DNA of 64,000 nt from Octopus vulgaris. Lineage: Eukaryota. Shown here piece by piece: positions 42,155-55,495 of this stretch. Location: assembly GCA_951406725.2 (NCBI GenBank), contig OX597815.1, positions 85,498,001 to 85,562,000 of the forward strand, written 5' to 3'. Under the pieces are notes generated by a model. That model was not told the origin of the DNA, searched no databases, and saw only the letters and a list, made by a program, of their open reading frames with translations. Made by a program: the position numbers and the translations under genes. Within the stretch, counting starts at the first letter, position 1. Each line of letters begins with the position of its first letter.

Positions 42155-43506
42155 CAGACTTCATACATGCGTACATATGTATTCACATCTCTCTTTGCCT
42201 CACACATTCTCCATACGCCTTTCTCTCCACTCATCTCCAGTTTTTGGTTCAAAGTTTTCTAAATAGCCTCTCCTCTCTCTTTCCAAGCTTCTGTTTGTTT
42301 CTGTCTGTCTGTCTGTCTGTCTGTCTCTCCCCCTCTCTCTCTTTCTGTTTCTTAATCTATGTCATTCTCTCTCTTCCCTTTCTCTCCTTTTCTATGTTTG
42401 TTCACGGCTATCTAAAACGAACTGCTTCTGACAACCATCTCAACTCTCTCTTTCAATAACCTTTTTCTCTTGTTATATCGTTCCTTTCTATCGAGTCAAC
42501 ATCTACTCCTTTAGTTAATACCAAAGGTAAACTACTCCCAGACTAGAACGTGACACCTGCTTTCTCTGTAGTTGCCGCTTAGCCTGCATCACAGTCATTC
42601 TTTACTAACCTACCTTATTTGCTCTTCTTTAATTACTTGTCCTGTCTAGGTTACTTCACCTCCTTGTTCAGACTTTATATAACGAAATTTATACGCCATT
42701 AAGAATAAAAAAAATAGCAAAGATAAATCAAAACCAAGTAGCACACACACAACAAAACAAAACAACAACGAAAAACGGAAAGAAACAAATGGTAACGAAA
42801 TAAACAAAAATGTTTGTGATTCTTTGTTTTGTTAATATTTAGATTATGAAACCGTAGCCGTCACTCATGAACGAATACTGCTTGGCTGTATTCGTTTATG
42901 AATCTACATTTATGCTTTTGCTAATTGTTTTAGGTGCCTATGTAGTCGCGATCAGACATAGCCAGCCTCTAAGTTCTCCCATCGCTGGCACCGAAGATGT
43001 TACAATGAGTGAGAGCAGCAGTACTAAGCTGGTATCAATTTTCAACAGAGTTTATCGGAGTCATGTGAAATGAGGTGCCTTGTTCATGGAGGGCGCAACG
43101 TCCCACTCTGTCCTGGGATCGGGCTTGCCATTTTATGATCCGAAGTTCAGCACCACACTCACTACGCTGGAGGAAAAATTAAAAATACTCGATGAGTAGA
43201 GTTTATGGTTGTTCGGTTGTACATCTGCGTAGAAATTCCGTTACACGTCTACGATAACATTGATCATCGAAACCTATGGCAAAAAACAATGAAATTATAT
43301 TTCTAAAATTTCTTCCTAAATCAAAAGATTAAATCACAAATAGATGCGTATCACTGGTTAAGATCAGTCAATCGAAGAATACCAACAACCGGTGTTTGTC
43401 TACAGCGTTTGAAATAAACACAAAAACCATACAAGCTCATCAGTTGGTCAACATTTCTATTTGTATAACATTTACAGTTTTCCCTTTCTTTCTTTCTTTC
43501 TTTTTT

Positions 43507-43566
<60 letters not shown>

Positions 43567-43735
43567 TAGCTATCTCTCTTTCTTTCTTTAGCTATCTCTC
43601 TTTCATATTTCAGATTTGATATCTAAATTTTTCGCTTTTTCATCATTACATCAACAACGTCGAGAAGGATCCGAAACTTTTGTCCACCTCGTTCGGCGTT
43701 ACCAAAGTTAGAAATGAAAAGTAATGAAAATACCC

Positions 43736-43802
<67 letters not shown>

Positions 43803-43808
43803 GTATAT

Positions 43809-44703
43809 GTAATTAATAATATCAGGGTGATAAAGATTTTAGAAATTTTTACTACCAGTGTCCTAGCGCATAGAAAAATTAGTCAATAGACTATGTATTA
43901 TTCATATAAAATACAGTGTACATTTAGATACATTAAGATGTATCCATCATAGGACCCCCTTACGCTAGAAGGAACAGCTAAAGTCCAAACCAATAATTAG
44001 GGATAAAATCTAGAAGGGAATGAAAAATAAAAACATTTAGCATCTATTTCCTGGCCCATGGTTTCTGCCTGTTTTCAGCAAATAAAATAATTTGCCAGGC
44101 GAAATCTTCGTCTGGCAAATTATTTTATTTGCCAAAAAAAGTCAGAAACCATGGGCCAGGAAATAGATGCTAAATGTTTTTATTTTTCATTCCCTTCTAG
44201 ATTTTATCCCTAATTATTGGTTTGGACTTTAGCTGTTCCTTCTAGCGTAAGGGGGTCCTATGATGGATACATCTTAATGTGTTTAAATGTACACTGTATT
44301 TTATATGAATAATACATAGTCTATTGGCTAATTTTTCTATGCGCTAGGACACTGGTAAAATCTTTATTATCCTGATATTATTAATTATGTATAATGATTT
44401 CTGGAAATTTTGTTCGAAGAAATTGCCAGCACTTTTTGCTGCCGACAAAAAACTGCGCTTGCGCGGTGGATTTGAAAAATTAAAATGTATAAGCAAGAGG
44501 CACAAGCTGGTTTGGCCTCGTGCTTATATGTTTAATCTTGGCGTACCTGTTGACGAAGACTTCGCCTGGCAAATTATTTTATTTGCTAAAAAGAAGTCAG
44601 AAACCATGGTCCAGGAAATAGATGGTAAATGCTTTTATTTTTCATTCCCTTCGAGATTTTATCTCTAATCAGTGGTTTGGACTTTAGCTGTTCCTTCTAG
44701 CGT
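43809..44703. mobile_element. Penelope-like pseudo-LTR array: ~290-bp palindrome arms plus a third tandem copy
   Basis: About 43809-44102 mirrors about 44107-44386, and 44560-44703 repeats the right arm directly. Confidence 0.8.
44546..44615 (+). ncRNA. Type I hammerhead-like motif with extended stem II
   Basis: CCUG-UUGACGA-a-GACUU...AAGUC-a-GAAA-CCAUGG-UC-CAGG: stem I CCUG/CAGG, palindromic stem III, C-to-U change in the core. Confidence 0.65.
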
Positions 44704-44890
44704 CATTGATTGGCTGAAATTACCGAAATAAGACAACTTTAACACGAAATAACTTCGAAAATAGAAACTTTTCTTAACAACGCTAAGAGTAAAAGATGTT
44801 CTATATGACACATCCTACCAGTATCCGAAGTTTCAAAGTCTTTAGTTAAAGAAAATTAAATAACCGAGTTGCCCATCAAAAGGAAAAGAT

Positions 44891-44975
<85 letters not shown>

Positions 44976-45473
44976 GTATATATATATATGGAAAAAAGTC
45001 AAGGTAGAAAATGCTAAAATAATTTTATAAAAAACATTTCAGTACCGGTTTCAGTCATTTTATTTTTACATTTTCTACCTTGACTTTTTTCCATATATAT
45101 CAACTCGTGTGTTCCTTTTCAACCGTCTAGATACACACACACGTGCGTGCGCACACACACATATGTATATATATGTGTGTGTATGTGTGTATGTATGTAT
45201 GTATGTATGTATGTATGTATGTATGTATGTATGTATATGTGTGTGTGCATGCGTGCGTATGTGTGTGTGTGTGTGCATGCACACAGAAAGAAGCACATAT
45301 GTCAGAGGGGAAGTCAGTGCCCATCAACCTTTATAAAGCTTTTATAAAGTCTGGTGGGCGGGAAGAACGTATTCTTCAAGCGGAGACCTCACCTCACTTG
45401 GATATTAGCAACAGAGCAGATTCCGCTAAAAGTACGCTAGGTACCAAGTGGATTGAATCTATTTGTCTATAAG

Positions 45474-45511
<38 letters not shown>

Positions 45512-46454
45512 AGAGAGAGAGAGGGAGAGTGTGTGTGCGCATGCGAAGTTGTGCGTATGTATATAGTGTATGTCTGTGTGTGTATATATGCTAATGCCAA
45601 ACCATATCATAACTTACTATTACTATTTATTTAGCAATTTGTGGAACTTTGTCTGATATAATATTAGTTGGGATGTACTGTGTTCAACACAAATATATGC
45701 TTAAATCTTGTATCAAACATCTATGTGTCAATATCATGGTCACCCAGTGAAGTTCTCTCGAGATGATTTTACCTTAAATATATTGGTTTCAAATTTTAGC
45801 ATTTTGCCCGGAGTGCTAACGATTCTGTCAGCTCGCTGTCTTTTTCGCGTTAATTATATTCGAAAGTCTAAAGGATTTTTCGTTTATTTCAACAGATTCG
45901 TACCTCTGTTCGTTTGAAACTGCGTCCTATCCAAGACTGCTTCTCAGGTATTATGCATGCAATTATTAACGCCTTGTTTTTCGAAGCTGGTTGAAGAAGC
46001 AGGTTTGGCTTACAGAAACAGGACGTGACTCAACACTAAATAAGTATTTCCCCATGTGTTTGATGTAATTTTTCTGGCTTGCTTAATTCTGCTCGAACAT
46101 GTAAGTGTCTTAATTAATGCAGATACTAATTCCATGTTGCAAGTTGCCCTCTTTTAAAACTGAATGTTGCTTAAATTTATGCTTTATTATGTATTTTAAT
46201 ATGCATTTATTGAATGTGTTTTAGTATACATTTTCAATTATATTATTCTGTGCAATTATTTGTGAGTTTTCCATCTACTATGAAACACGTTCTCATTGAT
46301 GTATAACGTCCATCATTCCTCCCTTCATTTTTATATTACTTTGTTAAACATGCATTGTTTTTAATTGTATCTTTCGAGACCTCGCGATGAACAAAGAAAC
46401 AATTATTGCTATAATAAATCTTAGAGCGAGTTATAAACAGTAGCTGCAACACAT

Positions 46455-46632
46455 CGTGACGTATATTTGCCATTTAAATATGGCTAACCCCTAAGGGTGG
46501 ATGCTACTGTAGTTTGTAGCCCCAGGAAGTGTGTCTAAAGCCAGCTGGAGGAGGTGTCCTCCAGGGGCTACAAACTACCGTAGCATCCACCCTTAGGGGT
46601 TAGCCATATTTAAATGGCAAATGTACGTCACG
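46455..46632. repeat. Inverted repeat (arms ~70 bp)
   Basis: tcgtgacgtatatttgccatttaaatatggctaacccctaagggtggatgctac...tagcccc is mirrored at about 46564-46633. Confidence 0.88.
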
Positions 46633-46661
46633 AATTATTGCTATTATTGTTGTATTTATAT

Positions 46662-46873
46662 AAGGCGACGAACTGGCAGGATCATTTCCACGCTGGACAA
46701 ACTGTTTAGTGGCATTTCTTCCGACTTTACACCCTGAGTTCAAATTCCCCCGAGGTCGATTTTTACCTTTCATCCTCCCGAGGTCGATACAATAAATATC
46801 AGTTGAGCACTGGGGTTGATGTAATCGAATTTTCCCCTCCTTCCAAATTGCTGGCCTTGTACTAAATTTGAAA
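46662..46873 (+). mobile_element. SINE family A, degenerate
   Basis: aggcgacgaactggcagg...gagttcaaattccc...ctttcatcctcccgaggtcgatac. Confidence 0.8.
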
Positions 46874-46914
46874 TCATTATTATCATTATTCTAAGCTATA
46901 TTAGTTAGCAGGGT

Positions 46915-47100
46915 TGTTGTCTTGAATAATCTCCCTAGAATCTTTCTTAGGATTCATGCAGAACGCAAGATAGCTCTTTTCTGCCGGTCGATAGTGTGCG
47001 TCTCAATTCAATTGTCCTTCAGCCTCTTAGGTAGGAGTTTGGATGTTGTGCCAAGTGCACCAATTGCCACAGGAATAATTGTTGTCTTCATCTCTTTCGC
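46915..47100 (-). mobile_element. REL-type LINE C-terminal fragment
   Basis: Minus-strand TIIPVAIGALGTTSKLL...ILRKIL. Confidence 0.65.
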
Positions 47101-47181
47101 TAGGTCCTTATATTTCTCAATTCTTTTCTTTCATTTTTGTGCCCACTTTGTTACCGTATGATACTGTAAAGCCTATGATGA

Positions 47182-47215
<34 letters not shown>

Positions 47216-49326
47216 CTTCTTCTTCTTCTTCTTCTTCTTCTTCTTCTTCTTCTTCTTCTTCTTCTTCTTCTTCTTCTTCTTTCTATATTTGGTAGATTGA
47301 CAAGATCATTATAGCATGGGACAAAATACCTTGTGGTATTTTTATTGTTTATTTTTCCGTTCTAAATTCAAATCCTACTGAGATTATCGTTCTCCTTCAT
47401 TCTCCCCTGGGAAGATGAAATATAAAAAAGCAGTCGAGTGATCGGGATCAGTTTTATCGAGTCGCCTCTGCTCTCTAAATACAATTAGAAACGATTGTTA
47501 GTAATATTATTATTACTGACATATAGTCATACAATTATGTGGAAATATTCAATCAATTATAATTGACTCTATTGATTGAAAATTATTGTACTGACCCTCA
47601 AAGGATATAAGGCAGTGTTCAGCTTGTGAAATATGAACTCGGAAAGATGAGTAGCAAAAATAGTTAATAAGAAGGTATTTGTTTTGGCACTCTGCTGTTC
47701 CTGCTAATATCAATGTTTTGGATTCGCTAGAATTATCCACGATTAGATCAGTTCACGTTTAACAACAAAAGAAGGATGTAAGTAAACGTTACTCTGCGAG
47801 AATGGAACTCAGAACCCCAAACAGTATAACAGAATAAAAACTTTGCTGGCAGCTCAACCTATTCTGCCATTGAGATATTTTTCTGGCATTGACAGAAATT
47901 ACAGATTCTTTGAAAAAGACGTGATAGATAAAATCGGTCGCTCAAATAACTTGACGTATTTTATCATAGCTTATCGACAAAGGTGGAATTTGAACTTCGG
48001 ATGTAGAATGAGGTAACTAAATACGAGATTTCTTTCGAATTTCTGCCACTACATCGACTTTAGAAGTGGTCTAATACTGTTATGTAAATATATACATAGA
48101 GTAAATGGTATGAAATTGAATAGAGAGTTTAAAGTGGTTTATAGATTGTCTGCACGATGACAGAGAATATTTTGTTGCAGGTTTACACAGACGAGCACAT
48201 AATGGAAAAGTTTTTTTATATTTGTTTGTTATTGCCGCGGTCATCACCATCATGATTGTAGTCGTAAACGTTGAAGCTATTGTTACTTTATTGAATAAAT
48301 ACATACATACCTACATTCATAGATGTTTTCACAATGACACGAACATAGCTGTATATTTGACTGCTAGTCATTGAAACATATAAATACATACTCAGACATA
48401 CAAATATTATACACATAGAAACTCATACACACACTCACACACATGTACATATATATTCATACACATATAAATATATGCTACTTATTTGTTTAATACAGTT
48501 CCCTAAAACACATACACTGACATACATACACTCATGCATACACAAAGACACGCACGCTCACACAAACATACAATTGCGCTATGCATAAAAACACACGCTA
48601 AAGTCCTGCAACTGCTAAAAAGAGTTTATAAGTTCGTAACAAAGGAATATATTTATAAAAGAAATACAGCAAAATCTTTTGCAAATACTGGGATTTAATG
48701 AGGTGAAATTCAATATTACATGTCTGGCTTTTTTTCATTTCAATAAAGCCCCACACAACAGTTTAATTCAATAGAGGTTTCTTTTTTGCATTTTTTGGAA
48801 GAATTATGCTTTGGGAAGCTTTATGCACTCAGCTCAGGCTTCTTTATATCATGTACACAACATTTTTTTTGTAATAAACTTTTAAAGAAAGCAGAATTCT
48901 AAATGTAAGTCATTGAAAATTTGAAAACATTACATTAAGATTTTTCTGGAAATCCGAAGAATGTCTGTGAATGTCTGTGAATTCAGTATACAGAATTGTA
49001 TTAAGTAAATTAATACAAATCCGATGTTCTAATACGCATCAATCCTGTTATTAAACTTAATACAATTAAGGGTATTAATTGCATTAAATGTATTAGACAT
49101 TTCTTCTATTTACTTTTGTGAAGAGTCAAAGAAAAAGAAGCATTTTCCAAATAATGAACGTCAAAAATTGACAAATATTTTGTTGGTGTTTCTCATGATT
49201 TGGAATAATGTTTTTGCTACTTTAATCAAGAGATAAGCGTTTCACGTATGACCAGTGCAAGCCTTTACCAGACTAGTGTTATCTCGATGCAGTTGATATT
49301 CAGTCTGAATTTGGAAGCCTTTCTAT

Positions 49327-49387
<61 letters not shown>

Positions 49388-49719
49388 AACACACACACAC
49401 ACACACGGAGTTTTCCTTTTTCTTTCTTTCTCTCCATATATTTATGTGAATGTATGTGTAAATATATGTGAATCCATACGTGCATATACATGTATATATT
49501 GTTTGTTTGTTTGTGTGTGTGTATAAGGCTGTGCCCAAAATGTCTGTGCCCAAAATGTCTGTGCCACAAAAAGTTCCGTGACATAATTGCAAAACATCAA
49601 TTTCAGTACAATGTTCAAAGGCACAAGAAATGTAAGATACAAGGTATGAAGATAATCTTAAATGTAATTACATAAGGCACAATGTATTAAGTTACATTCA
49701 TTGCTTAAACGTTATACGT

Positions 49720-50600
49720 CCTACTCATACAACGATAACTGAGTCGTAATCGTAGTCAAATGTTTTGATTAAGTTAGTAGTAGAAACTTTTCTGAGTTGC
49801 TGAGTGATTATCGTATTGATGCAATGGCTCCTTGAACTATTTAGAAATGAAGAAACGCTTCAGAGACGGTTAAGAATCAGTGTACGATGGAAATCGAAAT
49901 GGATGTCGTCCAGTTTTGCAAAACCCGACAACTACAAACATCGCATTTAAGTTATATTTAAGCGAATGTTTTGTTGAGTAAATAATTCATAAATATTTGA
50001 GTAAGCTAAATACTAGTTGTAAATGGGTATCTCGTTTTTCGACAAGTGTTTATTGACAAAACAGATTTGAAATTTGCATCAGCTTCTTTTACGATTTTAA
50101 CAGTGAACCGTACACATTTTACTCAAGAATTATTACTGGTGATGAAACATGGCGTCATAGGCGTAATTAGGCAAACAGTGAACCGTCAATAAAATGGAAA
50201 GTTAAAAGCATCTCTATTCCCATGAAACCAAAGATGACATAGTTAGTTTTCACCAAGGTGATGAGATATTTTTCTACTATCCTAAATTAGATTTTTATCT
50301 TGAATATCTTAATGCTGGTAAAACTATGACTTGGCAATGCAATAGGACAATAATTAACAATTTAAGGACAGCATTCAACTGATAAGCCGAGGAAAATTAT
50401 CACGCAGACCTTTGTTTTACTACAACAATGCATCATCTGTTAGAAATAGTATTTCCATCAAATATATTGGTCAAAATGCTTTCACAATTCTACACTTGCT
50501 ATACAGCGACGATCTTGAAATTTTTATATTTTTCCGTTGTTAATTATACATTCTCGATCTATATACAGCAATAAAATGCAGATGCAAAAACATTTTCTAC
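49720..50600 (+). mobile_element. Degenerate mariner transposase pseudogene
   Basis: KWVSR near 50020 and RIITGDETW at about 50127-50152; many stops and frameshifts. Confidence 0.72.
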
Positions 50601-50989
50601 AATGACGTCTTCAGATGCTTCTTTACGTTTTGCAACGCTTTCCCGACAATGTCCCTTTGAACTTCTTTCGAGCTCAGGAAAAATATAAAAATTGCACGGT
50701 TGTAGATCGTGGTTGTGTAGCAAGTGTACAATCGTGAAGTCATTTTGACGAATAGATTTGGTGGAAATATTTTTATTTGGTAGAAATTCTTTAACAGAAT
50801 GTCACTAACCTTTGTGGAAGAAGTTCGTAAATAGTGTGCATTTTGTGTGTAATTTTTCAAGAACATGTTCTAGGTTAATGCATAAAGTGAAAGTTGTCTT
50901 TTGTAATAGTGTTAGCTATTTCCGCCAACGATACCTCCCAACGATACCTCATCAAATCTCTGACAAATAATTAAAAAATAACAAATCAT

Positions 50990-51180
50990 AAACAGCCAAA
51001 GACAAACATCAAATTTAAAAAGACCTCAAACAAGGGCAAGATTCACATCGGAGATAAGAAACGATACAAGTAACAAAGTGTGAAGATCCTCGTTGTGGGA
51101 CATGTGAAATAATTGAGAAAGGAACAACCAAAAGATTCAAGAATGGGAAGGAAGTGAAAGAGAATATAAACATAAATTGC
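50990..51180 (+). mobile_element. Penelope-like element linker fragment
   Basis: NLKR...RARF...KCEDPRCGTCEII, a Cys-rich RT-endonuclease linker. Confidence 0.55.
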
Positions 51181-51364
51181 TAAATAATTTTCCTCTATCA
51201 TGTCCCAAGGTTATGGTAGAAGACACTTATGCTGAAGGTGTTACGCAGTGACATCGAATTCAGAAACACGTGTTTGCCAATCTTAAAGCGACGCTCTGCT
51301 TTCTAACAATCAAACTGTCCACCAAGATTACTCTGCCTCTGTATTATTTTGTTTGCATTCTATT

Positions 51365-51435
51365 TGTATGTATGTATGTATGTATGTATGTATGTATGTA
51401 TGTATGTATGTATGTATATATGTATGTATGTCTCA

Positions 51436-51525
<90 letters not shown>

Positions 51526-51765
51526 GCCTACCTGTCTGTCTGTCTGTCTACTTGCCTGTCTGTTTGCCTGCCTGTCTGACTGTCTGTGTCTGTCTACCAA
51601 CCTACCTACCTACCAAACTGCCTGCCTTACTTCCCACCCACCTACCTACCTACCTACCTACCTACCTACCTACCTACTTACCTACCTACCTACCTACCTA
51701 CCTACCTACCTACCTACCTACCAACCAACCAACCAACGAACCGACCAACCAACAAACCAGCCAAC
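51365..51765. repeat. Compound tetranucleotide microsatellite (TATG, TATC, TGTC, TACC, AACC)
   Basis: Directly visible; motifs shift stepwise by one or two bases. Confidence 0.95.
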
Positions 51766-52288
51766 TACCTTATCTTTTATCTGCCCACCCATGCACCAAG
51801 TTACCTTTATACACATCAGTGACTTAAATATATACGTTTATGTTTGCAGTCGAATGTATACTTATACCATTATACACACATATGCATACGCAAAAACACA
51901 TACATACGCACACCTACATATATGCACACTCATCTCCCCCCACCGCATATATATTTGTGTGTGTGTGTGTGTACGTGTGCGCATCTGTGCATGCATATAC
52001 AAACACTCAAAACTTCATAAGCACTTACTTACATAGTAGCCTATTTACTTACCAAATTAACTTCCTACACAGTTATACAGTAATACAAGTGTTTCTCGAT
52101 GTTAAAGGCCAGAATATAAAAAAAAAACTCCAGTTCAAAATACAAGTTCAACAACTCCAAGTGTCAAACTTTTAATAACCTACCATGTACACAATACATT
52201 TCTCTGTTCAGTAGGCAACACCCAGTTTAAAAAATGATTTTAAACATAGAAATCTTCTAACGCTATTACATGGTCTCTCCATAGCTCA

Positions 52289-52327
<39 letters not shown>

Positions 52328-52334
52328 CACTGTT

Positions 52335-54570
52335 GTGTGCATTGAAGAGTTTTTCTACTCTTTCATGTTCTTGTGGTGCAACTTCTCTTATGCTACTGAT
52401 ATGTTGTTGCATGGTCTGGACATAGTTCTGTGGGCTATCTACTGATAGTCTGCCAGACTTGTCTGTAGGGAGGCACATTAATTCTTTGTTCCTAATTCGC
52501 TGTTTTAGTTTTTGTAGGGCTTTGTCCACAGATGAGCTGAGTTGGTGGGGCCCCTCCTCACTATGTTTTTAGTGGATTTGTTGTATTTGTATTTTTAGTG
52601 GATTTGCTGTAGAAAAACTCCTCAATGCACACATGAGAATGTTGTGCAACATACTCCAACCTACAAAAAGGACGGCATACACTTTCCAGGCATCCAACAA
52701 TGATGTTCCTACACTATACAGGTTACGCAAGGACCACAAACCCTACATAAACCCTGTCGCAGAGCCCTCAACCAGACCAGTTTGCGGAGCGAACATCTCC
52801 AGCAACTATAGACTGTCCTACTTCCTCTCACAAGTATTGCGACCTCTCATAGAGATGCCTCCGGATGTCTGTATGAGTACGGAAGATCTCCTCAGTAAAA
52901 TCAGTACTTGCAACCACACCAACGACCTCACAGGTTGTATGGTGGGTAGTATGGATGTAATTTCACTCTACCCATCTATAGACATAGATTTCGATGTGGA
53001 GAAATGCATTCAAGCAATCTGTGAGAGTGAAGTTGAATTCCGTAAGGTCAACACCAGGGAACTGGGCCACCTCCTCGGACTATGCTATGACAATGACTAT
53101 TTAGATGACCATGACCTTAGTAAATTCTGCCCCACCAGGTCACAGAGAGGTAGACCACCCACCATCACTTCAGCAGTGAAGAAAAGCACCACAGAGCGCT
53201 GGAGTGGCTAGACCGCACCCACCCAAAACCCTGAGAACAACAACCAGGTGAGGGAAATGATTGCATATGCAATAGGGGCCAGCGTAAAAACCACCTTGAA
53301 AAATCACATAGTAAAGTTTAATAAAAAAACTATACATGCAGGTTCAATGTGCAGCCATTGGTGTAGGTATAGCTGGAGATGTGGCTGGCCTCTTCATGAC
53401 ATGGTGGGACAGAAAATTTAAACAAATGTTAGCAGAATTGTCCACAACTATTTTACTCTACAGTAGATAAGTAGATGATATTAATATAATAGTTAGAACC
53501 AACTCTAGTGATGGTAATGTAGAGACTAAGAAGAACGCAATGGAGAGCATCCAGCAAATAGCTAACTCCATTCACCAAAGTATCAAGGTAATTATAGATT
53601 ACCCCACTAAGAACCCTAACAATAGACTCCATGTACTTGATACTGAACTTTGGTTAGAGACTGTGAACAATAGAGTGCAGCTCCTCCACTCTTATTACAT
53701 GAAACCTGTAACTTCAAAATATGTTGTTCACAAGAACTCAGCTTTGTCACACAACATGAAAATTAACATACTAACAGCAGACCTAGTTAGAATAATGAAC
53801 AATGTGTCCCCACTATGCGAATCCTCTGAAATGAAGAAATATATACAGAACTTCATACACCGCATGCAGTCTCTGGATATGATCAGAAAGATAAAGTTCG
53901 TGTATACAGGGGGTGGGGGTAGAAAGGAATTAGATAACATTATACGTAATGATACCAGTGCCCTAGATATAGAAACAAAGAATGGAATAGAATACAAAGA
54001 GCTTGTGACAAAGCAAACGGGGCGAAAACGTGGTATAAAACCGACAAATATCAAGGAATGGTGTTTGTAGAGGCCACAGCCCATGGAGAACTAGCCCGTA
54101 GATTTAGAAAAGCTCTTAAGGAGACCAAACTCAAAATTAAAATTGTTGAAATGCCAGGGAACTCCGTCAGATCACAACTATGTAGGACGTACCCGTTTAA
54201 GAATACCATATGCACCAATGATAACTGCATGGTATGTAGAATTAGTCCTGGTATTAACTGTAGAATTCGGAATGTAGTTTACAGCATAAGATGCATAGAA
54301 GGTGTTGTAAGGACATGAACATGATGTGCATAAGGGAGACGTCTAGGAGCATTGCGGAACGGATAAATGAAGATCTAAGACAATTTGACGACAGAAAACA
54401 GTCCTCCATACTCTACCAACATGCCAAAGACCACCATGGAGGTAACTTGGGTCAACTTGACATCCGCATCTTACCCAAGCACCCCAAAGACCCAACACTC
54501 AGACAAATACGGGAGTATGTCCTTATAAATGAAACTTCCCCAATATTAAATAGGAAATATACACAATAAA
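52335..54570 (+). mobile_element. Penelope-like retroelement (RT + C-terminal GIY-YIG), degenerate, with inverted 5' segment
   Basis: LPTDKSG on the minus strand (52335-52590); LY(R)LRKDHK, TRPVCG, GSMDVISLYPSI, AIGVGIAGDVA, YSR*VDDI, LDTELW, YYMKP; CTNDNCMVC linker; NVVYSIRC...(C)IRETSRS...HAKDHH endonuclease. Confidence 0.9.
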
Positions 54571-55459
54571 CACCATACCTCCATACACAAGTAGAGTAGA
54601 ATAGTTAGTGGACTGTTAGGTAGATAAATGTATGTATGTGAGTGTGAGTGTGTGTGTATGCCTTTTTTAAAATCATTATTATTATTATTTTTTTTTTTTC
54701 TGTATGTAAACATTTAGATATGTAAATAAACAGATCAACATACAGACGGATAGGTACATAGGTTACAAGAACAGACACATATGGAGACACGGATCCACAC
54801 ATATAAAGATGCACATCCATACATACAAACATGGTACATAGTTACATAACACACACACACAGATATGCACATACAAGGAGACAGAGGTGCATATATATAC
54901 AAACACATGCTCACAAACACATACATAGAAAATACACAAACACGGACAGGCAAGCACATAAATATGCAGGATACGTACATACAGATTCACACACATACAT
55001 ACATGCATACACATGCAAACATACACACATACATACGTACATGTATGCATGTATAGGCACACACACACACATGCGCACAAACTAACAAAAGGAAACGCAG
55101 TGTAAATAACGGACAGAGTCAAGACTATTGAAAAGGTTGCAAGACGCAACGAAAATTTTAGAAAATAAAAATAAGAAATAAGTGGAAATTTTACCGGTGA
55201 GTGTGTTAAATAATAAGGCACTAAAAGAGAATGACTCTCCCCAGACACAACAGAATATGCTTCAACACACGAACTCATATAAAGAATCTTGCAAACCAAA
55301 TCCAAAAACGAAATATATACATATATATATATCTACATGTATATACATGTATATACATATATGTAGGTATATATAAATATATATATATATATATGTATAT
55401 ACAAATATATATAAGTATATATAAATATAAATATGTATATTTTAATATAAATATGTGTC

Positions 55460-55495
<36 letters not shown>

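Noticed and set aside
54150-54570. Selenocysteine recoding in the Penelope-like element
   Set aside because: Linker Cys codons are TGC/TGT; the interruptions look like ordinary decay.
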